DNA of 34,222 nt from an uncultured Candidatus Saccharibacteria bacterium (lineage in GTDB: Bacteria > Patescibacteriota > Saccharimonadia > Saccharimonadales > SZUA-47). Shown here piece after piece: positions 1-9,913 of the stretch. The stretch lies in assembly GCA_964451085.1 (NCBI GenBank), contig CAYVHE010000003.1, forward strand, positions 1 through 34,222, in the 5' to 3' direction. The notes under the pieces are model-generated. The model was not told where the DNA came from. It worked only from the letters and a program-made list of their open reading frames with translations, and did not search any database. The position numbers and the translations under genes were made by a program. Numbering within the stretch: position 1 is the stretch's first letter; each line of letters starts with the position of its first letter.

Positions 1-1
1 T

Positions 2-457
2 TTATATACACGTGAAGCACCTGATACTGACGAATTAGAATATTTTAATCCCTGTGATAGGAGGAGTTACTATGATGACGAAGACTACTATCGGAGAGAT
101 GAAGTAAGGGCTAGAAATACCAATAGTCTACGTGCCTTTGGCCTTGAGTCTATGGCCGATAAAGATGATAAAGAGGTGCAGAATGAAATCGATATTAAAC
201 GAGAAGAAGAATTATTACTCAAACGGCAGCATGAAGCTTCAGATCTGAAGTTTGGATTATCTGCTTTATTTGGGCTACTAGAGGACTGTAGGGACAGAAG
301 AATGCCCCTTGATTCAATTACTGAATTAGCCAAGCAAGCACGCGACTCTTGGACAGAGATGGCAGACGAGCTCGGAAAGACTCGAACACTTGATGGTTTC
401 AGCGATAAGCAAGTCATAGAGCTCACTTTGAACTATATTCGCGAAAAAAATTCCTGA
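2..457 (+). CDS. Hypothetical protein, 5'-partial (frame open from the window edge)
   Basis: The frame of ORF 152..457 has no stop back to position 2 (LYTREAPDTDELEYF...), so the true start may lie outside the window. No recognisable motif. Confidence 0.6.
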   Translation, partial: LYTREAPDTDELEYFNPCDRRSYYDDEDYYRRDEVRARNTNSLRAFGLESMADKDDKEVQNEIDIKREEELLLKRQHEASDLKFGLSALFGLLEDCRDRRMPLDSITELAKQARDSWTEMADELGKTRTLDGFSDKQVIELTLNYIREKNS

Positions 458-592
458 ATCGCTTATCAGAAACGCTTTGTAGCTAGTTTTTAATCATACT
501 ACAGCTAATCAATACTGACACATACCTGCATTAATATTGTAATGGTCCTTCTCACCCTGCAAACCAAAACGCATAGTGAGTTTAGTTTGTCT

Positions 593-1207
593 TTAGGGTT
601 TTTGGATGACGGAGTAGGTAATGCCTGTTACTGGTTTTTTGTCGGTTCCAGCTGACAGGACGTATGAGAATTGCAGATTACCTTTGGTATACATTGCGCT
701 GACCGTTTCTGAAGTGCTAAAATCTGTGCCTTTCGTCCAGCCCGACAGGTTGGATTTGAAAAAATTATTTACAGTTTCTAGGCTGTCGGTTGAGTTAGTA
801 GTTAAGACCCAACCTATGCCGTCTGGGGATTCGCTGCGAATATTTCCTAGAATTTCTTGTCCACCGTATAGAGGTATTTCGGATGGAAAATCAGCAGAAA
901 CAGTTTTCTTACTGTCATAGGTACCGGTTTGACCTTGGTCGTTCTTAAAGGTTATTGAGCTGCCGTCGTTATTTATATCAACCTTAGTGTCTGATTGTGA
1001 ATTTATAGCATTTTCTATTATCTTACTTGATATGGTCGTAGCTGCTTTATCTCTGGTGCTGTTAACAATTGCGCCACCAATTAATATTAGTACTACAGCA
1101 ACAATAATTATCGCGACCTTATTGTCTTTATTGAAATATGAAGCTAGTGATTTATTTGAGTTTTTGCTTGTTTCTGGACCCTTTTGGGTATTATTGTCAT
1201 TGCTCAT
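593..1207 (-). CDS. Hypothetical single-pass membrane/secreted protein
   Basis: 204 aa; N-terminal hydrophobic helix (VAIIIVAVVLILIGGAIV) then an S/T-rich domain with DFPSEIPLY; GGGGAG SD upstream. Confidence 0.75.
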   Translation of the reverse strand: MSNDNNTQKGPETSKNSNKSLASYFNKDNKVAIIIVAVVLILIGGAIVNSTRDKAATTISSKIIENAINSQSDTKVDINNDGSSITFKNDQGQTGTYDSKKTVSADFPSEIPLYGGQEILGNIRSESPDGIGWVLTTNSTDSLETVNNFFKSNLSGWTKGTDFSTSETVSAMYTKGNLQFSYVLSAGTDKKPVTGITYSVIQKP

Positions 1208-1310
1208 CTATTTAAACTCCCCTATTTTATGGATTACTACATTAAACCTATACATTTACAATAACAGAAATGTAGATCAATTGTAAGCAATAGCATAGTT
1301 ATAAAATTAT

Positions 1311-2489
1311 TTAATTTTTCAAAAGAGATGCTGTTTGACGGGCCATTTCCCCTGCCTCATCTGACGGTATTACAAAAAGTGTAACAGGAGAGTCGCGTTT
1401 GCTTATAATAGCTCGCTCTGAGTCTATTTTGCTGTTGAACTCAGTGTCTATATCAAGACCAAGATGAGCTAGAGGTTTACAGATTCGATCTCGCAAAATA
1501 GCAGAGCGTTCACCAACCGTAGCTGTAAAAACAATGGCATCTAGGCCACCCAATATAGCAATGTATGCGCCAATGTATGATTGGATACGGTAAACCATTG
1601 AGCTTAAAGCTAATTTAGCGTTTTGGTCGCCATTTTTCTCTGTTTCTAATAGCTCTCTGATGTCGTTTGAGCTTTGGCTTAATCCTAATAACCCAGAGTG
1701 GTTATTGAGGTAATCGGTGAGTTGATGATCATCAAAATTTAGACGCTTTTTTAGTTCAATAGCAGCCTCTACATCTATATTGCCGGCTCTGGTTGCCATA
1801 ACCAAGCCTTCTAAAGGTGAATATCCCATGGATGTTTCGATACTTTTCCAATCCTTGATGGCCGTAATTGATGCGCCCGAGCCCAAGTGACAGACAATGA
1901 CTCTTGAGTAATCAATATTTAGCTCATCTCTTAGTGTATGGACAATAGATTTTACAGATATACCGTGGTAACCGAATCTGTAAATATCAAAATTATGGGC
2001 ATCTTCCCTTGAAATGGCGTAATTACGGGCTTCGTGCGATAAAGTTTTATGAAATTCTGAATCAGAAATCATATATGCTGGCACACCTGGAAGATGCTTA
2101 TAAACTTGATCTATTTGCTCTATAGCAATACCGATATGAAGGGGTGCTTTATCTATATTGTGTTTTAGGTATTGGTATAACTCGTCGTCTATTTTGGCGT
2201 GTTTCATATGTCGTCTACCTGGTGCTACCAGCCTAATACCTATACCATTTATTGAGGAGCTTTCTACGGAAAATTCAGACCCGCAGAGCTTTAAAAAATG
2301 GGCCAAAGAATCATTAAAGTCATCCTCGAATATACTTTTGCTTTGGGTGTCTTCGTTTGTAGTACTTGTTAGCTTAAACCTATGCCCATCATGTTCGTAG
2401 TACCCACTAACAAGCAGATTGCCCTCTTCATAAAGTGCATACTCGCGTGAGCTACTGCCAGGATTTAATACTAAGACTGTTGTTTCCAT
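1311..2489 (-). CDS. ackA: Acetate kinase
   Basis: Motifs [57 protein letters not shown]. Start at 2489 or 2495; overlaps the xfp 3' end. Confidence 0.95.
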   Translation of the reverse strand: METTVLVLNPGSSSREYALYEEGNLLVSGYYEHDGHRFKLTSTTNEDTQSKSIFEDDFNDSLAHFLKLCGSEFSVESSSINGIGIRLVAPGRRHMKHAKIDDELYQYLKHNIDKAPLHIGIAIEQIDQVYKHLPGVPAYMISDSEFHKTLSHEARNYAISREDAHNFDIYRFGYHGISVKSIVHTLRDELNIDYSRVIVCHLGSGASITAIKDWKSIETSMGYSPLEGLVMATRAGNIDVEAAIELKKRLNFDDHQLTDYLNNHSGLLGLSQSSNDIRELLETEKNGDQNAKLALSSMVYRIQSYIGAYIAILGGLDAIVFTATVGERSAILRDRICKPLAHLGLDIDTEFNSKIDSERAIISKRDSPVTLFVIPSDEAGEMARQTASLLKN

Positions 2490-4834
2490 CGCCAATTCCT
2501 AACCTCTTCCATATCTATACCGTGACGCTGAATGTAATTTCTGTGCTCGATTAGTTTCTTCTGCATGTCTTCTTTAAGCTTTTGTCCTTCGTCGCCTAGG
2601 TTTGGCACCCTATGCACCACGTCCATAACAAGATCAAATCTATCCAAGCGGTTAAGTACAGTCATATCAAAAGCTGTAGTTATTGTGCCTTCTTCTACGT
2701 AACCTCGGACGTGTAGTTGCTGATTGCGCCTCTTGTAGGTCAATCTATGAATTAGCCAAGGGTAACCATGGAAGGCAAAAATTATCGGTTTGTCTTTAGT
2801 GAACAAATCGTCATATTCGTTTTCACTTAAGCCATGGGGATGATCGTCATCATCTTGTAGCCGCATTAAATCAACGACATTTATGTAACGAATTTTCAGA
2901 TTTGGTAATCTTTCCCGCAGAATAGAAACTGCGGCTAAGGTCTCAAGTGCAGGCACATCGCCAGCGCTAGCAATTACTACATCTGGCTCTCCCTCGCCGT
3001 CATTAGAGGCCCAGTTCCACTTCCCTACCCCTGCCGCGCTATGAGTGATAGCATCTTCCATATTCAGCCACTGTAAACTATCGTGTTTGTCACAAATAAT
3101 TAGGTTTATGTAATTTCTGCTACGCAGGGCATGGTCAGTCACTGACAAAAGAGTGTTGGCGTCAGGCGGCAAATAAACCCGGGCTGTCTTGGCTTTTTTA
3201 TTAACTAGGTGGTCAATAAATCCTGGGTCTTGGTGTGTAAACCCGTTATGGTCTTGGCGCCAAACGTGAGAAGTCAATAAGTAATTTAGTGAGGCAATTT
3301 CATCTCTCCAAGGAAGTTCGGAAGACATTTTTAGCCATTTAGCGTGCTGATTTACCATAGAATCAATAATGCGAATAAAAGCTTCATAGCTATGGAATAA
3401 CCCATGCCTACCTGTTAGTAGATAACCCTCAAACCAACCCTCTACTTGGTGTTCACTTAGCATAGAATCTAGAACCATTCCCTCTGGGCTCAAAAATTCA
3501 TCAGCTTCAGCTGTGCGCGCATTCCATTGTCGGTTTGTGACTTCAAAAACGGAGTCAAACTTGTTAGAAACTGTCTCATCGGGGCTAAAGATACGGAAAT
3601 TTCGATGTTTGTAGTTAAGTTTGGTAATGTCGCGCAAGAATTCTCCTGAAACGTGTGTATTGCTAACTATAGCTCCTCCGGGCTGTGGAATATCTACGGC
3701 ATACTCACGAAAATCTGGCATGTGCAGCTCTCTTATTAAGCTACCACCATTGGCATGCTTATTGTCCCCCATACGTTTACCATGTCTGGGGATAAGTTCC
3801 AAGAGTTCTGGTATAAGCTTACCGCTAGAATCAAACAATTCTTCCGGTCTGTAGCTTTTCATCCAATCTTCAAGTAATTTAATATTTTCAAGATGTTCAT
3901 CGTCGACAGGGATTGGCACCTGATGAGAACGGAAATTTCCTTCTATTTTTTTGCCATCAACAAATTTTGGACCAGTCCAACCTTTTGGACTTGTTAAGAT
4001 AATCATTGGCCAACGTGGTCTTGATGCGTCATTATTTTCTCGAGCATTTGACTGTATTCTCCTGATATCTTCAATTGCTCTATCCATTTGAGCAGCCATT
4101 AAGCGGTGCATCGCCATTGGGTCGTCGCCTTCAACAAATAACGGCGTATAGCCATAGCCTTTGAATAATTGTTCTAGTTCTTCTCGTTCAATTCTTGCAA
4201 GTACTGTAGGGTTACTGATTTTATATCCATTTAAGTGTAGGATCGGCAAAACAGCACCGTCTGTAATTGGATTTATAAATTTGTTGGAGTGCCAAGCTGT
4301 TGCCAGTGGTCCTGTTTCGGCCTCACCATCACCAACAACACATGCAACTAGTAGATCGGGGTTATCAAACACAGCACCAAATGCATGACTGAGAGAATAC
4401 CCTAACTCTCCACCTTCATGCATAGACCCGGGTATGTGCGGCGAAACGTGGCTGGGTAGCCCACCAGGATAAGAAAATATCTTAAATAATTTCTGTAATC
4501 CAGTTTCGTCCTGAGTTATTTCGGGGTAATGGTCAGTAAACGACCCTTCTAAATAAGTGTTACCAACTAGCGCAGGTCCGCCGTGTCCTGGGCCTGATAT
4601 ATATAAGGTGTTGGTGTCGTATTTCTTGATAATCCTGTTTAGGTGGACATATATAAAGTTCTGCCCTGGTGTTGTGCCCCAGTGCCCTAACAAGACATTC
4701 TTGATATGCGCGCGGCTTAAGGGCTCTTTTAGCAGCGGGTTATCACGAAGATATATTTGACCTACTGAAACATAATTGGCAGCCCGCCAGTATGCATCAA
4801 TATTTTTTAACATGTCATCCGATAAGGAATCCAT
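2471..4834 (-). CDS. xfp: Phosphoketolase (xylulose-5-P/fructose-6-P)
   Basis: 787 aa; [24 protein letters not shown], ThDP motif [34 protein letters not shown]. Confidence 0.97.
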   Translation of the reverse strand: MDSLSDDMLKNIDAYWRAANYVSVGQIYLRDNPLLKEPLSRAHIKNVLLGHWGTTPGQNFIYVHLNRIIKKYDTNTLYISGPGHGGPALVGNTYLEGSFTDHYPEITQDETGLQKLFKIFSYPGGLPSHVSPHIPGSMHEGGELGYSLSHAFGAVFDNPDLLVACVVGDGEAETGPLATAWHSNKFINPITDGAVLPILHLNGYKISNPTVLARIEREELEQLFKGYGYTPLFVEGDDPMAMHRLMAAQMDRAIEDIRRIQSNARENNDASRPRWPMIILTSPKGWTGPKFVDGKKIEGNFRSHQVPIPVDDEHLENIKLLEDWMKSYRPEELFDSSGKLIPELLELIPRHGKRMGDNKHANGGSLIRELHMPDFREYAVDIPQPGGAIVSNTHVSGEFLRDITKLNYKHRNFRIFSPDETVSNKFDSVFEVTNRQWNARTAEADEFLSPEGMVLDSMLSEHQVEGWFEGYLLTGRHGLFHSYEAFIRIIDSMVNQHAKWLKMSSELPWRDEIASLNYLLTSHVWRQDHNGFTHQDPGFIDHLVNKKAKTARVYLPPDANTLLSVTDHALRSRNYINLIICDKHDSLQWLNMEDAITHSAAGVGKWNWASNDGEGEPDVVIASAGDVPALETLAAVSILRERLPNLKIRYINVVDLMRLQDDDDHPHGLSENEYDDLFTKDKPIIFAFHGYPWLIHRLTYKRRNQQLHVRGYVEEGTITTAFDMTVLNRLDRFDLVMDVVHRVPNLGDEGQKLKEDMQKKLIEHRNYIQRHGIDMEEVRNWRWKQQS

Positions 4835-4940
4835 TTTGCCCCCCGATTTTTTTATTCTTATGCCTATATAGTAACACTAATTTCTAAACATATTCCAATC
4901 CGTTTTCAGCTATAGTGTGTATACTGGAAATTCTTTGTTT

Positions 4941-5456
4941 TTAAGAGTTAATATAGCTCTTAATTTTTTGAATGGTTTTTTCTATAGAATCGTCTGACGT
5001 GTCGAATATTTTAAAATCTGAGTAAAATCCATTCTCTCTAAAGTATTTTTGACCTGTTTTTACTGCCTTAGAGCCCATTCTAACTTCTTTAGTTCTACCT
5101 TTGTCCCGTTTTATATTTTCTTCCACGCTCGGTAAAAGTAGTATTTTATTACTAAATTCAATAAATTTATCGATTTCTGTCCGCGATGATTTTTCCATAT
5201 AGCCATTAACAATCACCAAATATCCCTGCATAGCAAAATTTTTAGCCAGCTGACCTACGTTAGTACCAAGTAGCTTCCATTGCGCAGCTCCGGCGGATTT
5301 GGGACCATAAATAAATCCCGTAACTATGAAGTGTTTAACCAAATCTACGTCTATATGAACGCATTTTTCATATTGTTTTGCTAGTTTTTCGGCTACAGTT
5401 GTCTTTCCGGCGCCTGAAGGTCCAGTTATTGCGATAATTTTGGTTTTATATAACAT
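4941..5456 (-). CDS. P-loop nucleotide-kinase-like AAA family protein
   Basis: Walker A GPSGAGKT near the N-terminus, HIDVD strand; 171 aa. Confidence 0.8.
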   Translation of the reverse strand: MLYKTKIIAITGPSGAGKTTVAEKLAKQYEKCVHIDVDLVKHFIVTGFIYGPKSAGAAQWKLLGTNVGQLAKNFAMQGYLVIVNGYMEKSSRTEIDKFIEFSNKILLLPSVEENIKRDKGRTKEVRMGSKAVKTGQKYFRENGFYSDFKIFDTSDDSIEKTIQKIKSYINS

Positions 5457-5528
5457 CCTTTATCCTTCTGTATAAGTATACATGAACGAATTAAAAAATA
5501 ACATATCGGTAAAACTACCCAGCGATTG

Positions 5529-6701
5529 TTAGAAGTCGGATATTTCTTCGGGTAAAAATCCCTTTGGATGCTTAAAATCAGCTTGCCATTTTGTACCTTT
5601 GCCGTAGCCTAGGTCTTTCATTAAGGCAGTTGGCGCATTTCTTAAATGAAGCGGTACCTGTAAGTTATTATACTGTTTTGCCGTTGATAGAGCTTTCTGC
5701 ATTGCATCCGCAACAACACGTGATTTCTCGCATTTAGCCAAAACGGTAGCGCAATGAAATAAATTGTATTGGCATTCTGGCATTCCCAGCCTTTCTACGG
5801 CTAAGAAGGTAGATACTGCAATATTTAAAGCCGCCGAAGCCGCTAATCCGACATCTTCACTGGCAAATATCACCATTCTTCGGGCTAAAAATTTCGGGTC
5901 TTCACCAGCCTCAAGCATTCTCGCTAAATAATACAGCGCTGCGCTTGCATCACTACCACGCATACTTTTAATAAAGGCCGAGACAAGATTGTAATGTGAT
6001 TCTCCGGACTTGTCGTACATAGGAACTTTTTGCTGTGCCGCGCTTATGACAGTTTCTGGAGTTATTTTGTCTTTGGCTAGTTGGAGTGCTAGTTCTAAAT
6101 TGCCAAGAGCAACCCGCGCGTCGCCACCTGATAATTCTGCTAACATTTCAATGCTAGCCTTAGGCAATTTGGCCGTAAGTATGCCCTCTGATTTGGCGGC
6201 CTTTTTGATAATCTTAATAATCTCTGCTTTACTCAAGGGTTTCAAAACAAGTACGCGACTACGGCTTAAAAGAGCGTTTATAATCTCAAAACTTGGATTC
6301 TCGGTAGTCGCACCAATTAATACGATAGTGCCGTTTTCTACGTGTGGCAAAAAAGCATCCTGCTGAGTTTTGTTGAACCGATGTATCTCATCAACAAATA
6401 GAATGGTGCGCATTGCAAGGCGGTCATTTTGCCCTGCCCTTTTAATAACGGCTTTAATGTCGGCAATCCCAGACGTCACAGCACTCAGTTCTATAAAATC
6501 TGCCTCTGTTTCCTGTGCAATAATACGGGCCAGAGTAGTTTTGCCGCTACCAGGAGGTCCCCACAAGATAAGGCTGGTTGGTTGTTTGTTGCTGATAATT
6601 TTCTCAATTATCTCGCCTTTTTTAAGCAAGTGTTCCTGCCCCACCACATCCTTTAGTCTGTTTGGTCGCATTCTAGCAGCCAAAGGTTTTGAAGTCCCCA
6701 T
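5529..6701 (-). CDS. rarA: Replication-associated recombination protein A (RarA/MgsA AAA+ ATPase)
   Basis: PLAARMRP, WGPPGSGKTT, LFVDEIHRFNKTQQD, GATTENP, SAFIKSMRGSD, ASEDVGLA, VPLHLRNAPT. Confidence 0.96.
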   Translation of the reverse strand: MGTSKPLAARMRPNRLKDVVGQEHLLKKGEIIEKIISNKQPTSLILWGPPGSGKTTLARIIAQETEADFIELSAVTSGIADIKAVIKRAGQNDRLAMRTILFVDEIHRFNKTQQDAFLPHVENGTIVLIGATTENPSFEIINALLSRSRVLVLKPLSKAEIIKIIKKAAKSEGILTAKLPKASIEMLAELSGGDARVALGNLELALQLAKDKITPETVISAAQQKVPMYDKSGESHYNLVSAFIKSMRGSDASAALYYLARMLEAGEDPKFLARRMVIFASEDVGLAASAALNIAVSTFLAVERLGMPECQYNLFHCATVLAKCEKSRVVADAMQKALSTAKQYNNLQVPLHLRNAPTALMKDLGYGKGTKWQADFKHPKGFLPEEISDF

Positions 6702-6807
6702 GCTCTTAGTATACGACGTTTCGTTAGTTTCGCATCACCTCGAAGCAAATAAACAGTAAAATAATAAAGTTGAATTACAGCAAATAATGTGAGAAAATAT
6801 TTTTCTA

Positions 6808-7482
6808 ATGACAGAGATAATCGCATCAGAACAAAATGAGTTTTTTAGAGATTCGCTTGAGTCTATGCCTTCGAGTATTGACGGTGACCCTTTCTTAGGT
6901 ATTATTGCTGGTATTCATCCTACTAAACTTGAACAGGAAATGTGGAGCACAAAAGGAAATTTCGAAAACTTAGCTGGTTTACTTATAGATAGAGGCTTCA
7001 CCGAAGAACAGCTAGAAGCATTTTTTTCAAGTGATGAGGCTGCGTCTCTATATTCCGAAGACAAAACAGATCCGCCATTGGTTGCGGAAATGTCAAAAGG
7101 CATAAGAGATTTATATGAGCAAATAGCGGCTTTTGCAAAGCAGCAATTAACCGAACACGACATAGCTGTAGGTGTAGAAGAAAGAAGAGATAAGTTGGGC
7201 CGTTTCTCGAAAGTAGCCACATGGGTTGCTGGCTTTGCTTTGGGGGCCTCAATTTCTTTTGGGATAACGCAATCTATGAACGCTATTACAGCTGGTGAAT
7301 TTAGTAATGTGGAGAACGTGGTGGCTGAAGCGGGCCTATTATTGGGTGTTGATGGTGCAATTTTATTTGGAACAGTGTATGCAGCCGATGTAATTAGCAG
7401 ACGCAGAGCTCACAATAAAGCTGCAGAGTTAACTGAAACTCCGAATACTAGATATAATAATCAATTATTGGACTTTTCATAA
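6808..7482 (+). CDS. Hypothetical membrane protein
   Basis: 224 aa; acidic N-domain and two Gly/Ala-rich hydrophobic segments near the C-terminus. Confidence 0.7.
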   Translation: MTEIIASEQNEFFRDSLESMPSSIDGDPFLGIIAGIHPTKLEQEMWSTKGNFENLAGLLIDRGFTEEQLEAFFSSDEAASLYSEDKTDPPLVAEMSKGIRDLYEQIAAFAKQQLTEHDIAVGVEERRDKLGRFSKVATWVAGFALGASISFGITQSMNAITAGEFSNVENVVAEAGLLLGVDGAILFGTVYAADVISRRRAHNKAAELTETPNTRYNNQLLDFS

Positions 7483-7985
7483 GTAAGGCTCTTTAAGTAA
7501 TTCTCAGTCTCTGAGGGGTTTTTTAGGACTACAACTGGTGTATCACTAAATTTTTCGAGTGCAGCTGTTATTTTACTGTGGGACTTACCTTTAAATCGCC
7601 AGACGTATTTTAAGAACTCCCAATCTACTTTTTCCACCCAATCATCAGGCATCTCCAGTCGCTTTTTATTATTAAATTGCCAGCGTCTCTTAATAACGCG
7701 GTACATTGTAAGCCAGCGGGGATAATCAAAAAATATAATCAAGTCAGCTCTTTTGAAGCGTTGTTCAAACGTTGAACTATAATTTCCGTCCATAATCCAT
7801 TTTGGTTTTTTAATGATTACTTCTGCTTTTTTAATCCAGACCTCTTTATCGTCATAATATCCGTACTTAAGTTGGTGATAATAGTAGTCTAAGTGTTCTA
7901 TAGGCAATCCTGTAATAGCTTTCATCTGGAAAGCTACTGTTGTTTTTCCTGAACCTGGGCAGCCTACAATAGCAATACGTTTCAT
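7461..7985 (-). CDS. Adenylate-kinase-like 'topology modulation' protein (FlaR-like)
   Basis: MKRIAIVGCPGSGKTT, HLDYYY, WIMDGNY, RADLIIFFD, typical of this family. Confidence 0.85.
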   Translation of the reverse strand: MKRIAIVGCPGSGKTTVAFQMKAITGLPIEHLDYYYHQLKYGYYDDKEVWIKKAEVIIKKPKWIMDGNYSSTFEQRFKRADLIIFFDYPRWLTMYRVIKRRWQFNNKKRLEMPDDWVEKVDWEFLKYVWRFKGKSHSKITAALEKFSDTPVVVLKNPSETENYLKSLTYEKSNN

Positions 7986-8047
7986 GGACCAATGTTAGCA
8001 CAGATGTTAAATTTAATAGACAGTAGTTTGATGTTAAACTATCAAGA

Positions 8048-9649
8048 ATGCATAGAAGTACTTATGGGTCCTATAGCTCCAGAAAATCAAAAAAGAGTCA
8101 CAGGTTTGAACTTGTTTTTGCCTTAGTCGTTTTAGCTTTTTCAGCTTTCTTTATTGCCTTGTTTTTAAGGTCGTCCGGAACTGAAGCACCGGTTTCTGAG
8201 CCTGCAAAGCAAATATCGTTCGATGATAGTTTCAGTAATGCAGAAAAACAATCGGTGTTGAAATCAGTTAAAGATCGTAATATACCTGTAGATACTGATA
8301 TCACGGCGCATATCAATACGACTCAGACCCCTATAAATATAGGTTTGGTGCAAGAGGTATTGGTGCCTGTGACGAGTGTGTATTCTGGACAGCAACAAGT
8401 GATTAAAACCAAAATTACTAACTTTAATATTTCGGTATGGCATGAGCTAGACACTACAGTCTCTCAAGCCTTGGCCGGATATTTTGGTATTGGTGCGGAA
8501 TCTTTGGGGGTTCTTGAATCACTAGATTCTCTGAAGGATGGAGATGTTGCCTTCGTCCCAGTAAATTTACTATCTTCCCACGTCAAATTATTATCACTCG
8601 ATGATTCTTATTATCTTGATTCTTACAACTCTGGGGCTGTGTTCCGTGAAGTTGTTTTTACTGGCAAAAATCTCAATAGCTTAAACGCCATAAAACTCAA
8701 TAATCTACCCACCAAGGCTACTGTTTTTAAAGTCAATCAGACTGGTGTTACGGCTCTAACTAGAGGTATGATGCTAAAGTTGAATACCCTGAATGACCCG
8801 CTATATTTTAGCCAAAAGATAGCTCCGTTTTTGAAAGATGCCGATATTACACATGTCTCTAATGAAGTGTCTTTTAAGGATGGCTGTGCATATAGTACTT
8901 CAGCCTTCTGTTCGGACCCCCGCTTCATAGAAACCCTAAAAGACAGTGGTGTAAATTTAGTAGAGTTAGCCGGAAATCATAATAACGATACAGGCAGGCA
9001 AAATAACAAAGATACGATAGATTTATACCATAGCCTGGGATGGCAGACGATTGGCGGAGGTTTAAATACAGAGGAAGCCGCAAAGTATTACGTTGCAGAT
9101 ATTAAACAGTCCAAGGTCGCTTTTTTGTCTTACAATTTTGCAGATTCCCCGAATGGTGTTGCGATTGCCACAAAAGATTCACCTGGAGCCAATAGTTTTG
9201 ATTTCTCTAGAATAGAAACAGATATAGCTAATGCTAAAAAAGAAGCAGATTTTGTAATTGTTGATGTCCAATATTGGGAGTGTTATTCGTACCCAGACGG
9301 CTTTGTGGAGTTTCCGATTTGCGATAAACCAATTGGCGCGCAGGAAGAGAATTTCAAGAAACTAGTAGACCTTGGCGCCGATATGGTGGTTGGGGCTCAG
9401 GCTCATCAGCCTCAGACTTACGAAATATATAAGGGCAAACCAATATACTACGGACTTGGTAATTTGTACTTTGATCAAATTCAATGGCCCGGTACCGAAC
9501 GAGGCATAATTTTAAGCCATTATTTCAATGCCGGGAAATTATTGCAAACCAGGCTGTCCCCTACTGTTTTTGGCAAGGAACTGCAGACGCATTTAATGGC
9601 CAACGATGATGCGGAAAACCTTCTTTCTCGTCTTCAGCTGGCCCGTTAA
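8048..9649 (+). CDS. CapA/PGA_cap family metallophosphoesterase with N-terminal membrane anchor
   Basis: TM helix at about aa 20-40; C-domain with SNE, LAGNHNND, GADMVVGAQAHQPQ, YYGLGNLYFDQ. Confidence 0.88.
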   Translation: MHRSTYGSYSSRKSKKSHRFELVFALVVLAFSAFFIALFLRSSGTEAPVSEPAKQISFDDSFSNAEKQSVLKSVKDRNIPVDTDITAHINTTQTPINIGLVQEVLVPVTSVYSGQQQVIKTKITNFNISVWHELDTTVSQALAGYFGIGAESLGVLESLDSLKDGDVAFVPVNLLSSHVKLLSLDDSYYLDSYNSGAVFREVVFTGKNLNSLNAIKLNNLPTKATVFKVNQTGVTALTRGMMLKLNTLNDPLYFSQKIAPFLKDADITHVSNEVSFKDGCAYSTSAFCSDPRFIETLKDSGVNLVELAGNHNNDTGRQNNKDTIDLYHSLGWQTIGGGLNTEEAAKYYVADIKQSKVAFLSYNFADSPNGVAIATKDSPGANSFDFSRIETDIANAKKEADFVIVDVQYWECYSYPDGFVEFPICDKPIGAQEENFKKLVDLGADMVVGAQAHQPQTYEIYKGKPIYYGLGNLYFDQIQWPGTERGIILSHYFNAGKLLQTRLSPTVFGKELQTHLMANDDAENLLSRLQLAR

Positions 9650-9662
9650 AAGTTTAAAGCTT

Positions 9663-9821
9663 TTATTTTTCCCAATCTTTTATTACAATTCTTTTTCTGG
9701 ATTTTTTGATAACTAGTTTTTGTCTTTCTCTTAAACCCAGCTCGTCAACAATGTCGGCTGGTATTACTATAGCCAATGACCTTTTACCTACTCTAGTGAT
9801 CTTTCTTGTATAGCTTTTCAT
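9663..9821 (-). CDS. AbrB/MazE/SpoVT-like small DNA-binding protein (52 aa, absent from the ORF track)
   Basis: Manual translation MKSYTRKITRVGKRSLAIVIPADIVDELGLRERQKLVIKKSRKRIVIKDWEK matches the swapped-hairpin pattern (K/R-x-G-x-S-L-x-I-x-IP...LGL); AAGGA SD upstream. Confidence 0.85.
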   Translation of the reverse strand: MKSYTRKITRVGKRSLAIVIPADIVDELGLRERQKLVIKKSRKRIVIKDWEK

Positions 9822-9859
9822 AAAGTTTTCCTTATTTTAAAATATTCATGATATTTCCT

Positions 9860-9885
9860 TTGTTACGTAGCATGCTACGTAACAA
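9860..9885. promoter_or_regulatory. Perfect 26-bp palindrome, candidate operator of the AbrB-like gene
   Basis: TTGTTACGTAGCATGCTACGTAACAA equals its reverse complement; it lies between a TGnTACACT extended -10 (about 9899-9907, minus strand) and the gene. Confidence 0.65.
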
Positions 9886-9913
9886 CCTATCTGTTAAAAG
9901 TGTATCATAAAAA

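Noticed and set aside
72-107. GGAGGAG followed by an 11-codon ORF
   Set aside because: It lies inside the longer frame open from the window edge and is probably coincidental.
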